NCBI GenBank assembly: GCA_035084275.1
Contig: CM068757.1
Location: 5,394,001-5,458,000 of the forward strand
Source: Hydrolagus colliei
Lineage: Eukaryota
Length of the DNA stretch: 64,000 nucleotides
Direction: 5' to 3'
The position numbers were made by a program, and so were the translations under genes. The notes under the pieces were generated by a model that had not been told where the DNA came from, did not search any database, and saw only the letters and a program-made list of their open reading frames with translations. Numbering within the stretch: the stretch's first letter is position 1; each line of letters opens with the position of its first letter. Positions 38,278 through 51,420 of this stretch are shown piece by piece.

Positions 38278-38552
38278 GTGGAGCTCCTGTAGCTCATTGG
38301 TTAGAGCACTCGCCTTGCAAGCGTGTGTTTGAATCCGGGCAGGTCAGGGTGAAACCATGGGCAAGTTTCCTTACTCCACACGCCTAATAATAATCCGTCC
38401 GAAAAAACCACACTTATAAAAAAAATTGGTCATTTCAATCCACGGCTGTTTGAGGGACACTGCTGTGCGCAGTTGGCTGCCACATTCGCCCACAAATATA
38501 CACAGTCAATTCACTTTTACGCTATATCAAATGCAAGGATTATTATTATTAT
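38278..38552 (+). mobile_element. tRNA-Deu SINE (short subfamily) with ~45-bp 3' deletion
   Basis: gtggagctcctgtagctcattggttagagcactcgccttgcaagcg head and Deu block; cacttttac joins directly to gctatatcaaatgcaagg. Confidence 0.93.
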
Positions 38553-40489
38553 TGTTAACCCACCACTGCTGAGGGTGCAGCTGACATGTCAACCAGCCAT
38601 TCGATACGGAGAACACAAATGGAGCGTCACATCCTTCACCCCCAAACACGAGGGAAGTGGCCCATATTTAAAAGTGGCCCTGATTACCGGTAAAACCATT
38701 CGAAAGTGAAACGCTTTTTGAACATTCGAACTGACTGTCTCACCACAGGTGAGCACCAGATAACGGTGATGATTTAGTGTAACCACTCCACACGATTAAA
38801 GCGACAAGGCTAATTGTATGCGTTATTGTCTGCTAAGCAATGAAACTCGGCCCGTAAAATATTATTAAAAATTCTCTCAATGTTGTCATTAAAAAAAAAT
38901 GGAAAAAGAGAGAGAGGAAGAGAGAGAGAGCGAGGCCTAGCACATGTACTGCTCCATGATTTTGGCGCTCCCTCCGATACTGTGGAAATCAAAACAGGCA
39001 GTCCTCTTTGTAGTTTGGAAAGGATTCTCATGTGTGTCAGCATTAAGTTCCTTGATACTGGTGAATCTGCATTTGTTTCACTGGGAGCATTGACATGCTG
39101 TTATTTCCCCAATGGCCACTGTTTGTGTCAGACACGCAGAGAAACAGGAACTCAAGTAATTCAGCATCCAAGCCCTTTCCAGCATTTTATGAGATCTTGC
39201 CAGTTTTTTTTTATTCCCAATGCCCTGCACTCTTGCCAACAAGAATAACAAGAAGAAGAACTTGTAGTTATATACAGTGCCCCTCACACAGTGTAACCTC
39301 CATTTGCAAACTACCCTATGTTTCCTTATTCGATCTCCAATCATGCATCAGTGTGTGAGTTCTCTGGGTACTTGGCAGTATAGTGTGGGGAAGGTGTGTG
39401 AAAGAATGTGACACTGTTTGGAGATGATGTGCGGAGCCACTTCATCCGCTGCCAGTCAAACACTGGCTTGAGATTTGTCTATAACTGATCGCTGAAGCCA
39501 AACCTAATGACTGGGGAAATGTTAATACTTTTCCCTTCCATTCATTTCTGGCCGAATTTACTCGCCGGTGAAATGGTATCAGTGGAGCTCAGGTGAGTGT
39601 GGGAGGAGCCTTGTAACAGAAGCCGAAGGAAGAAACATTGAATAGTGCCTTGCTTGCTCTTTCTCAGCAAGTTACATGACCAGACTTCAGACATAGCCTG
39701 AAAAGGTGTGACAACGCATGCAAATCAGCCTTCAAGTATAACAGTGTCAGAGAAAGAATGACCATTGAAAGAACGCATTCAGAACAGAAACGTGGCTTAC
39801 TTGGATTTGTGAGCTCCATCCTAACTACAATTCACCTCGGTTCACCACACTTGTAGCGCGTTTTGTCAGCGTTTGGAAGCATCACTTGAAAGGGTGGAAG
39901 AGGAGAATCTGCCAAAGGACATCTCAACCTCCAACAAAGCTGTGTCTCATAAAATTAACACAAGGCAGTACAGATCTGCACGTCTGCGAGATTTACATAA
40001 TTCCCTCCCTCCACGGTTACAGGAGGCCGAGTGAAGTAACAAACCATTCAATGGCAAAGGAGGAGTAAATAGATTAAAACATGCTGTATATTAATGGAAA
40101 GGCCTTAAATAGAATATTGCACCTTAAATCATTTTGGCAGTAAAAATGATTTGTCACCTGTTCGCTTATGCAATACTGCATAATTGTAAAATTCTGGTGT
40201 TTTATTACCTTGAGTAAATACTGATGGGATTATACAGCTTTGGGGCATTTATAGAATCAGTGCTTAATTGTACAAAACAGTGTTGCCACCTTGGCAGCTG
40301 GCTGAGAAATGTTTTCAACATTATCTTACAGAGAGGCATTAGAAATCACTTAGAAAGAAAACCTCTTCTTAGAAAGGCACTGAAAACCTGCGACTATTAA
40401 CCTCCCGACTGTCTCAAATACAGCTATGTGTATGCCAAAGCACAAGCATGCCAAAGAAACACAACAGTGTAAATTATTCCTGCCTCAAG

Positions 40490-40645
40490 ACCTTCCTCCC
40501 CAATGGTCACCCTAAAACCCCCCCCTTTCCCTCCACCCTCCCCGTCCCCGACTCTCAGCTTGGGTCTGAAGCAATGAGTGTCCAGCGCTTTGGGACGCTC
40601 TCTTGATGTGAAAGGCGCTATACAAGTGTAATTTTGTCGTTGTTG
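40490..40645 (+). mobile_element. L2 3' end fragment
   Basis: cagcttgggtctga...cagcgctttgggacg...gtgaaaggcgctatacaagtgtaattttgtcgttgttg. Confidence 0.85.
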
Positions 40646-40686
40646 ACTTTGGGTATCGGTGTCGAACTACTCTGTGCCATGTCTGT

Positions 40687-40921
40687 ATCAATTTGTATTG
40701 GTTCCCTCTTGTACCGCGTCTCCCAGCGCTGTGAAAATTAATGACAGGAATTGGAGCGCCACTTCGAAGGATCAATTCAATCACAACATGGCGACCTTGT
40801 CCTAGAGAAGATAGACAGCGGCAGTACATCCACGCACGTCATCAAACTAGGATTACTTCAGAATGGTTACACTCCACCTGTCATAAATTTCCACAGCGAC
40901 AAGCAACAAGCCCAAATTGAT
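40687..40921. repeat. degenerate inverted repeat (palindromic element)
   Basis: 40727-40748 is the reverse complement of 40877-40898 at 20/22; outer atcaatttg/caaattgat arms also pair. Confidence 0.8.
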
Positions 40922-42799
40922 TATGCTCTTTGTTTAATCTGGCGAGTCTCACAAACAGTGTTCCATGACATTCTACGGCACATTTCTGTATGATCCGCTG
41001 TATTTTTAGCATGCAGAGGGCGGGAAGATGTTGTTTTATGCTATTTTTGTCCGTCATATGTGACTGTATTTCATTAGTACAGTTTCGGCCACTTTCCCCA
41101 TTTGACAGCTGTTCTGCTGTCCTAATGCGGAAAAGCAATTATCAACCATTTTATCAAACAACGTGTCATTAATATTCACCCCATAATAAAGTGATGGCCC
41201 ACAAGTCAATAGAACACAACATTAACTGGTTAAAACACACGATTTCTTTGCAAAAAGTATATTTCACTTAATAGTCAAAGTTTCTGAAGTTCATTTCATT
41301 TGCACTATCTATTATTTTGAGAAACAATGCTATGATTAGCCAATAAAATTATAATTTGTTATCTCCGGGAGGTTTCCATCTGATGTAACGGAGTGTGTCG
41401 CTTTTGTTATAATGTGTCACTGCAGAAGTTTTTATTGAGCGTTTCCATGTCTTATTTTGCTTGCTGTATTCAGTGCCACACTTACTCTGCTTCTGCATTT
41501 TGTAAGACTCAATTACAATTTCTCAGCACAGTACACATATGCTAATTTCATGCAACTTTATGTTCTTTCATGAAGACATTTTAATAAATTTAAATTTGTT
41601 AATCCCTTATCCCTGTTATCCCCAAACAAAAGTTATTTTGTCACTTATTCTTAGGCAGCCACAAATGTAACTGATTGACTAAAGGCAGGCGGCTGGAAAA
41701 GAAGACAACGTATACATTGTTGCTGAAATTCAAGTGAAATGCTACCCATTGTTTGACTATCAAGTAGAAATCTACATGAGTGTTAAATGGATTTGGTCTT
41801 TTATTCACCTTCCCAGGCAATCCGCTGCTTTATCCTCAATGCTGTCATCACAGAAAGTATCTCTGAAGTGAGATGTTCGAAGAGCCACACAGATTGCAAC
41901 TCTACTTAAACAAATGGAGCGGTGTTCTTTTTGAGAGTGACATGCATCAAAAATGACTGAATGTCACTTGCACTGAATAGGACTTGACAAGTCAGTGAAG
42001 GAAGTAACCATATATAGTACTGTGAGAAGTGTCAGTGTTGCATTGTCTCGCTCCCTCCTCTACTCCCAAAGTTGTCTTACTTACTGAACCATTTTGGCGT
42101 CTTTTTTTCTACTGTTTCTTAATGTTTCGAGCTGGGATTAGCAGGAAAAGCCAATATTTTTTATAGCAATGTTAACAACGCAGACATCTGCCAACACTGT
42201 ACTTAAATACTAGCCTACACGATGAGCTCAAGCGCCAACACGGGACTTGACCATGGAACCTTCTGACCCAGTGGAAAGAGTGCCATCTACTGATCCAAAC
42301 TTAATGCCAAATCACAAATGAGCTTTGTGCTCCATGTGTCCTGACTTTAATGAATAATTTTCATTGCGTTTTTGACAAAAATAAAAATCTGACATTCTTT
42401 CTCTGTTCACTTTATTTTTATTTTCTGTTTGGCCTCCATACGCTATGCATATGATCAGGAAACTCACCACCAAAATATTGCCCTTGCTCTTTCCTCCTCA
42501 CAACCAACAAAGCCGCTGTCTACACATCTAAAGCTAAAGAGGTTGCGGGTTGAAGTGTCATGTACACTCATACTCTAGTCCTGGGCAAGCTGCACACTGT
42601 TGGAGGTGCTATTCCCCTGGCTAATTATCACTCAGTAATTAATCAGATAGGATATATTTCACATTTGTTTGGTTGCCCTTTAAATATTTCAAGCAGAATG
42701 CAAAATTTTGAGCAGCTTTTGGGCAGACACGAGCCTATCCTGCAAATCCTGTTTCTCACCATAGTGTGGTGCTATTCTTGACGATGGCAGGTTGTTGCT

Positions 42800-43525
42800 A
42801 TCAGGATAGAATGGATAGGTTGGGCCGTTCCTCGCGAGAGAAGAGGTGTTTGAAGGTGGAACAGATAAAGATGTTTGAAATTATTTTTAAAAGTTTGATA
42901 AGGTTAACATAAACAAACAGGATGTTTTCACCGGTTGGGGAGTCTGTAACCATGGGCCCCAATATCTCTAACTCCACCCTTGACTCCTGGACCACTGCTG
43001 TCCCATTCAGAATGTAAGTGGGGCAACGGGGGTATTGAATATTTTCATGAGACCTGACAAAAGGGGGGCGCATGTGTTTTGTGATTTTGGGGCTTGGGAT
43101 GTAAGCAGGGGTTTGTTTGTGTTTTGGGGATTTGGGATGTAAGGTGGATGGGGTGAGGGAGTGGGGTGTTTCATGTTGTTTGGGCTCAGGATGTGGGGAT
43201 GTGTTTTCAAAAGCACCCCCAACCTCACCCCACCACCCTTCGGTCCCAAGCCCCCTAAATACAATGTGGGTCAGAGTATCTTTTAGAGAATTTAGGAGAA
43301 TTACAACATGTAGAAATTCATGAGATTGTGGAACTCTACCCTGAAGTGTTGATTGATTCAAATAGTGTAGATGCCTTCAAGAGGCAGCTAGACATCTACA
43401 TGTGTAAGAGCGGAATAAAGGAGTATGGGAGGAGTAAAGAATTGGCGAAGATACCTGTGGAAGAAAAATACGGGCACAGACTGGTTGGGCTAAGTGACTT
43501 GTTTCCATGCTGTACATTCTTTTCC
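42800..43525 (+). mobile_element. CR1 LINE 3' part, interrupted by a ~310-bp insert
   Basis: QDRMDRLG..SREKRCLK...MFSPVGESVTMG (42800-42958), resuming as LWN...DSNSVDAFKRQLDIYMCKSGIKEYG plus 3' UTR. Confidence 0.85.
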
Positions 43526-45431
43526 ATCTCCATTACCTTCATTTGGATTTTGTTTCCACCAAAGTGTGCACTGCACTACATTGTATGGTATCCATCGAAC
43601 TGTTGCTCTCAGTGCAAGTGCACCACGGCAGTTTGACTTTGTGCCTTTTCAAGCGGTCCATGGCATTTTGGTAAGCGACTCATCTGGTAAATCTATATGC
43701 CAGTGCAGAATTACAAAGTGTTAACACTGTACCGAGGAACTCGTGCCATTAATATCAACAATCACAATGTGCTGTGCGATTGCCTGCCAGCAAAGCAGCG
43801 TGCACTCAGAAGAGCAAATTCACAAAGGGTGCACAGGCACCAAATCGTTTCAGTTACTGCAGCAGAGGGCAGAAGCAACACAAATAAAGTTTCTCCCAAC
43901 GTATTAAATTACTAATCGTGTGATTGCGTTGGAACGATCTGAGCGTAATGCACTCAAAGTTCACTTCACTGCACTTGGCGCTATTTACAAATATCTCTCT
44001 TGCTTCACCTCTGCCTTCATTCTCCCTGGGAGCCCTCCTGAGTTAAGAAAGTACGATGCCGTAACAAACAAACAATTATAACCAGAGGCTTCTGAAATGT
44101 CCCCCACGGGAACGCCAGAGGTAGGTTTGGCAAAGTGTTAAATTAAGTGAAAGTTGCACACGGATGCCTTCGGCACACAGCCCTCGGCACAGAGCTTTGG
44201 CAGCTCTCAATTTGCCCCATACGCTCTAGAAATTCCTGTTGAAATTGCCTTGTTCTGTAGCAGCTCCCAATCCTAGTCTCTTTACCATGGATAATGCATC
44301 CCGCTGTAACTGGGCATTTATTACCGCATTGTCTGTTGTCATATCATGGCAACGCAGCAAAGGACAAAGAAAAATTCTAAACTATCCCTACATTTCACAT
44401 CAATAATCATCTCATTACGCCGATAAACCGCAATAAAACTGATTAATAAAATTGTTTCAACAGACAATTGAGGTAAAAAATGCCAGGTTTGAAAACAAAT
44501 TAAATATCATTATTACCACGGTTTTGAAACATCATATGTAAATGTATGGTAGGTAAACCCTGTCAGCTATATATAACAGAGGGTTTACCTCTATGTGTAA
44601 ATGAGTATAACAAACTAAACATAATCAAAACACATGAAGTTCATTTGAGGTGTCATTTTCAAAGTGCTGTTCTTGAACCTGTATATTTAGAAGCTGTTAA
44701 AATACTTCCATTCTGCAACAAACCTTGTGATCTTAAACTCATCTACACAGTAGGCAGCCTTGATGAGACTTGATGAGGCGAGATGGTGGATGAACCTGCT
44801 GCACTGTAAACAGCAGCAATTTCTTATGTCACTGGGCAGGTAGCTGGTTCCCAAGTGTGCTGCCAACTTGATTGCTGATAGTGGAACCATGTTTCATTTC
44901 TCTTCTTGAGTCGAAACAATTACGATAACAGTCAAACGAAATTCTGTCACACATCTTTTGAATGATAAAGAGAGCCTACATTTTAGGATTCCCCCGAGGG
45001 CTGGCTCTATAATGTAATAAAGCTTCCATCTTTTGCAATAATGCTTCACTTTAATACCAAGGAGATAATTTGGTGGCATTCTCTGGAAGTGAAGGACTTG
45101 CCAACTTCTACATAATCCAAAATAACTGGGTTCCCATGGTAAACTTCCCACATTGAAACTGGAATCCTGACAAATGGCCTCCTACTGGTCCTTTCAGCTG
45201 TCAACAAACTGACAGAGTGGCATCATTATTTTATTTGGATGTGAAAGTAATCCCCAGAGCTTAATTTTTATTTCTATTGAAACAACTTCATGTTTTGCCA
45301 TCGTTTTTTTTAGGTGTGTTGAATGTGCTGAAAATGTCCAGCATGAAGCATGCCACTGTTTCCCTGGCATGTGTGGGAACGACATGTGATATGTGATGGG
45401 CATAAACCAAGTGAAAAAGAACCGGGTGTTG

Positions 45432-45822
45432 ATGCTAATAATCCTTTGCATTTGATACAGAGCCTTACCACGTCACCTGAAGCATCTGAAAGTAGTTTAC
45501 TGTAACGTGTAGTGACTGTTTTTGCAGTCAAATATTGCAGTCAATGTGCGCACAGCAAAATCCCACAAACAGCAACGAGTGAGTGACCAATTTCCTCTGG
45601 AGACTCGTTGAAAATCCCCTCTCTTTTCTAATAGTGCCTTAAATGTCCATCTGAACAGGGAGGCAGGACCTTGGATTAATGCTTCACTGAAGGACAGAAC
45701 CTTGGATGATACCCTGTAACAAAATATCAGTCTAGACTAGAGTCTATGAGCACAATGTTCCATGGTTTGAATCCAAAATCATTTGACTCAGAGGTGAAAG
45801 TGCTCCAACTGAACCACGCTGA
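45432..45822 (-). mobile_element. old Deu-type SINE, near full length
   Basis: Reverse-complement tail aataatcctttgcatttgata, tgtgcgcacagcaaaatcccacaaacagcaa, gtccatctgaacagg and head tgactcagaggtgaaagtgctccaactgaacc. Confidence 0.85.
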
Positions 45823-46759
45823 CACCTACTCTCTTTGACGTGTTTCATGTCCGATTATTATTGTATTTAAATAACATAGCCTGTGTGTTTTAATTAGAGT
45901 TTCCAGGCTATATAGCTGGCTTCGTAATGGTGCACCTCACCTGATTGCTGGATTTATGGTTTAAAAGCTTAACATACAAAATCACATCTTCGGTTTCCTG
46001 CTGAAACACATTAGGTTATTCTAACTATCAATTTAGGAGGCTGGGGGACAGATTGTATGCAATTCTCACATGAGTGAATACTTGTTTTAATTTCCTCTCA
46101 TCCCAGAATTTGTCTTTTCTCTTTTAAAATCTGCCTGGAATTGTAATTGATTCCAGGAGTTTAATTTCTCTTTTGACTTTGAGGTTAGCCGCACTCTGTG
46201 CTCTGATAACATTAGGAAGGCTTGTCTAAATCAAAATGACAACTTCCTCTGTCTCAGTGTCATACAAGCACCAAAATATGCTTCAGGCAAAGGATATACC
46301 GTAATTAATATATTGACTGGATAAAATCCAATAATATTGACATTCAAGTGCCACACAAATTGCATTTGAAATAAATCTCAAAACTGCATGAGTCAATATA
46401 ATAGATTGTTAAAAATATATAAAGCAAATTCTACCTTCAAAGCTTCAGGCAATTCATATTTTGCACACTTTACTTCTGAACTTCATTGTCTCTTTCATTC
46501 ACAGTTAACTGTGGACTTTCCTATGTTAACAACTGAATTGTGGTGAATTTGCACTTAAAAGAATGGAGTACATCAGTTTGTTTTCGTTGTTCCTGGCCAG
46601 CACAATTCACTTTGTTTTTAATCATGCATATTTAGAACAAAAAATGCTGCAACCCTTGGCATGTAGAGCGCTTCATTTTCACAAGTCCAATTTTATTAAA
46701 ATATTCACAAGTTTGGAATTGTGAGGTTATTATAATGTTTTATTAAAAATGGTAAACAT

Positions 46760-46855
46760 AAGTGTTTGTGTGTGCAGGTCTGTGTGTTTTGGTATTAGTC
46801 TCCATGCATAGGTGTTTCTGTTTGTGTGTGCTTGTGTGTTTGTATGCGTGTGTCG
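46760..46855. repeat. GT-rich low-complexity tract
   Basis: gtgtttgtgtgtgc...tgtgtgcttgtgtgtttgtatgcgtgtgt. Confidence 0.7.
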
Positions 46856-48814
46856 GCTTTCTCAATGATGATAAATGGAACTGAAGAGACAGTGATATGC
46901 TTTGATACCAAGCACTCCTAGGCCACATCAGTAGTAACTGCCCAGAGGACAAGCAACTATCCAGAAGGGGATGATTGGGAAAGAGAAGCATAATTGAAGT
47001 GGTGATTTAATACAAGCCATCACCCAATAACTGAATAATAAGACCTCAAAAGATGCAACACTCAAATATTCTTTATTGTGCACACTTGATTGAACCTTTG
47101 ATATTTAGAAGTCTGTGTATTCGATTGAAACTTTGTCTGATCTACAGTTGTGTATTTTGAGGCACAGACCAGATTTTAGGATATATTCTGCAGAAAGGTC
47201 ATCTGTCATTCAAGATGACACAACATGGAGTCTTTGAAGAGTCCAGTTAGCTTTCCTCCAGTGGTCGATGGAATATCTGAAAGAAAAGCAGGTTAGTGCC
47301 GATATGACCTTTATTTGGACATTGAAAAGTATGACGTTTGGTGAGCTGGGTGCAAGATCGTGACAGATATCATTATTGTGAGCATGTTAACCTGTCTTAA
47401 CATAATTCCCTGGTGAGAAGGGTAGGTTAATGATACCTTTCAGCTTTCAGTCACACATAGAGTATTTAAGGAGAGGGAATCCAAGATGCAAGGAAAGTTA
47501 ACATTGAGTGTGCCACTTATTGGGTTTATCGGTCAATGACAAGCGAGTGAAGGCCCTCTTATTTAATTCTCTAGACACTATCACTTTGCAGGTTAACAAC
47601 ATTTATTGAGCAGTTGAGGAATTCTTCCAATTGAGTCGCACGTCTTCATCTCAAGGCTTAGTATCGGAAGTCAGTTAAGTGTAAGCAGTGGCGTGCCCAA
47701 CATTAAATGGCTCTTTATCAATGTACTGTAAATTGCCACTGTTGTGGCCTTCCAGAAACATCTTATAGATCAGTTGTCTTTGACTATTTCTGGAGCAATT
47801 TTGCTGAAAAAAACCAATTGCTCCAATTAACATCAAGCTCATTGAATGGCAATTCTTTAATTAGTATTAATTTTTATTATGAAAATTGTTTTGATATGTT
47901 CATACAAGTGCATCGCTGCATATTAAAGAGGGAGACAGATGCACAAAGTTATCTCCTTTGATATCATTGCTGAACAAGTAATAACATTATAAATGTCCCT
48001 TAATGAGATTACGTTGGGCAGACTTGGCATTCGGAAACATTGTAAATTTTGACCCGTGTAGCTTTGAAGGAGATCAGTAAAGCATTAAATTCAGCGCTTT
48101 TAATTTTTGTTCAACCAGACTGTGCACTTCAAAATCAATGGAATTTATTGATGCTGGTCCTCAGGGTTGCATATTTCTCACGTGTGAAGAAAACCTTTGA
48201 AATTCATTCATTCTGCATTTTGAGAAAACCCAAGGGAGTCTTGCACTTAAGAGGTTAAAAGATCTCAATTTACTTTCAGCATTTTTTTAAAATTGTCACT
48301 TCTGTGGCACACCAGGGTGTAGACAGTAGAACCTAGCCATCTGTCCTCTCATTTACTGCCAGTAATCTGCCACTTGGCAGGGGTGTCAAATTGTACTGAC
48401 ACAGATTGTAATCTCTTTTAACCCTCCCAGGACCGCGGCAGCCGTTTTACCATGGAATAATGTAAATTAGAATATAACTTTTTGTTCTTCACTGCCTGTT
48501 TTGTACATGACCATGCACAAGGAAGTGCCCTGTGGTTATGTACACTTTCAGAAAATCACATGTTACCCCTGCAGCCAGAGACATTGGTCTTAGTTCTATA
48601 ATCTTTTCACTGGTTCCGAGGTTATCTTGAATATGATGTGCTTTCCATTGAATTCATACATGCTGCTGTACATAGCCACAATTTAGATGCCAGGATATCA
48701 GAGAATTGTTCTCCTTTTGCAAAGATTTGCAAAACAATCTTTGCAAATCATGTAATGGTCAAATGTATAATAAAATATACAATACAATATATATTTAATG
48801 TCGGGCGGATGTCT

Positions 48815-48905
48815 CAAACGTGTTTGCCCACAAAACACACATTCTTTGCACTCTACAATATATTGGTTGAAGCGCTTTGAGATGACCTCCACATGCGAAA
48901 GCGCT
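48815..48905 (+). mobile_element. SINE tail fragment
   Basis: tgtttgcccacaaaa...tgaagcgctttgagatg...gaaagcgc. Confidence 0.7.
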
Positions 48906-49921
48906 TGGCTATGACCACGGCAATGATTGGATTGATTAATTAACACTGCCGGCTGGACAGCCGAGCCGGGGGTGGAAGTCGGGGGAAGAGATCTGAGGAG
49001 GTGAAAGATGAACAAAAAAACGGGGTCGAAAATGGCACGACTTAAAAATATGTAAACATGTCAAATTTGACATTTGTTTCAAGAAAGTGAATTTAAAAAA
49101 GGGTAAATTGGCAGCACTCTTAGCTTTATTTCTACCATTGAGAATGTAAGTGCTGACAGAGTTAAAATGCAAGAACAAAACTGTTGGGGCTCTAGAAGCA
49201 TTGATCCTTCAAATCCATGTTCCAATTTTCCCTGTTGTTCCAAAATGCCTGGCAGCATGCGGTGGAATCCAAATATTTGCTGTGCAGGATCAAACCATAA
49301 ATGTTAAACCAACTAGGCTCCAATAAAGAATGTGTAGCATCAAGCCTGTTATTTGATGAAAACACTTGTTCGAAAATTGCAAAGGGAATTTGGTAAAATT
49401 TGGGGTTAAAGAGACAGTAATAGACAGATGTGAAACGAATTCTCTGTGGGTCTCCAAATAAATATAATTCTAAACACCGTCTAAAGGACCATAGAATCCC
49501 ATCAGTGAGGATTGGGAGGGAGTCATTATCACAACAGCTTAATCAGAATAGTCTTAAGTCATCACCACTATCGACCACGCAGACCAACATGGCAGAGGGG
49601 AATGGGCCACGAATGGGCTTCCAGCAAAGTTATTTGAAGTTACAATGGACATTGTTACCCTGCTTAAGACAAGAAGATTACAACGATGGCATTTCAGAGC
49701 AGCTTGTTTGTTGACTCAAACATCGGTGGTACCAGAAACGCAAGGGGTAAAATTCTACCGGCCTTTACATTTACATTACGTCCTTCACATTTCAAATGAC
49801 CAAATTTGGACAAATTTCCTGAATACAATCTTCACTTTGAAGCCGGAATCCTGTAAATTCTATCCTCCATATGGAATCCGCTTTCACTTTGGATATTTTG
49901 ACCCATCACCACCACCATCAC

Positions 49922-50198
49922 CAACAACAACAAAATTACATTTATAGATAGCCTTTCACGTCAGGAGGACGTCCCAAGGCGCTGAACAGTCATGTCGAGA
50001 CCCAAGCAAGGGAGAAGGGCAGGGCAGGGTAGAGGGGCAGGAGAGGGTTAGGATTGGAGGGAGAGAATTGGGAGGGCAGCAGAAGGCACGTTTGAAGAGG
50101 AGGGTCTTGAGACTGGCCTTGAAGGAGGCGAGGGAGGGAGCGAGGCGAAGGGACTGTGGATGGAGTTCTAGAGTGGGGGGGAGGCAGAGAGGCTGAAA
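49922..50198 (-). mobile_element. L2 LINE 3' end (5' truncated)
   Basis: Collinear with 9454-9725: caacaacaacaaaattacattt...gcctttcacgtcaggaggacgtcccaa...ttgagactggccttgaaggagg. Confidence 0.9.
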
Positions 50199-51379
50199 GT
50201 TCTTATTAGGATTTAAAGGCTGTAATTTTGAAACATCTGTTCCAAAGTGTTAATCAAGAAATCCACTTAGTTTTAAAACAGATATCACTGTGTGCAATAC
50301 GCTCATTTGCTTTTGTATCATGTTCAAACATAATGCACTTTCATAACGCTGGATTTTATGGTTGAAAATGGTAGGTGATGTTGCTATTTGCTTTTTGTTT
50401 TGCTGTGGGCTCATTTTTCTTAGTAGAATTTTGCATCTGTATTCTTCTGCAGTAATTGAGGAGATATGAGGAGAGTTGCAATGAGTCCCAGTAGTCTTGT
50501 GGTAGATGTGTTCTTCAGTCCCTGGTGATCCAGGCAAGATTTTTTCCTACCTAAGAATGGAAAGGAACAGATGTTTCAAAATTGCAGCCTCTAAATCCAA
50601 AATTCATATTTATCTATAGTGCATAGATTTTACTCCATTTAATTGGACATTTTTATGACATAACCGTAATGCTTAAGACAACATTTTCTATTTTAATGGC
50701 AGTATTTGTGCCTTTAGCCTTTTTTAAAAAAAAAAATTCAATGAATCACAGTTTGGAATCAATGCGAAAATTAACCCTGTGGGAGTTTTTCACCTTCTGT
50801 TTCAGAAAATATTTATTTAAAAAGAAAGTCAGGCATGTTATTTTATTGTACGGACATATAGTGTATAAATTATATAATAATGTCTTGCAGTAAAGTTATA
50901 TTTTACACAGGGTGGAAATATAATCTAGAAAGAGGTACCAAAAATCCCATCAATTATACAACAAAGTGGCGGAAAAATTCTACCAGCAAAACAGTTAAAA
51001 AGCAAATGAAAATATAAGTTTCATTTTTGCTCTGTGTCTATATAGCATAGAAACATTCTGAGGGCCAGGCTTAGTGCTGAGAGCACTGTCCGACAAGTAG
51101 AAATAATTGTAATTAAACAACATCCACAATAACTTACGTTTACATGTTGCCCTTCACCCAGGGTAATGTCTCGGACTGCTTAAGACTCTTAGGGGAGTGA
51201 GGTTGTTAGGAGGGCAGATTTAGCGATCAGGCAAGGGGCATGGTTTTGCAATACTGGAACCCAAAGATACATTGATCACACTCGCAGCTGTGCTATGGTG
51301 CGCACATTCCAGTGCCGTATCCCCGAGAGCTGCCCAAACAGAAAAGTTGAACAAACTTTCCTCACAATGAGATGGCGGT

Positions 51380-51420
51380 AATTAAAGGCTTTGTTACAGA
51401 GAATTAAAGGCTTTGTTACA
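51380..51420. repeat. 19-bp direct duplication
   Basis: aattaaaggctttgttaca GAG aattaaaggctttgttaca. Confidence 0.9.

Noticed and set aside
42801-43361. Longest ORF (186 aa, Pro/His-rich)
   Set aside because: Antisense of a CR1 fragment plus the G-rich insert
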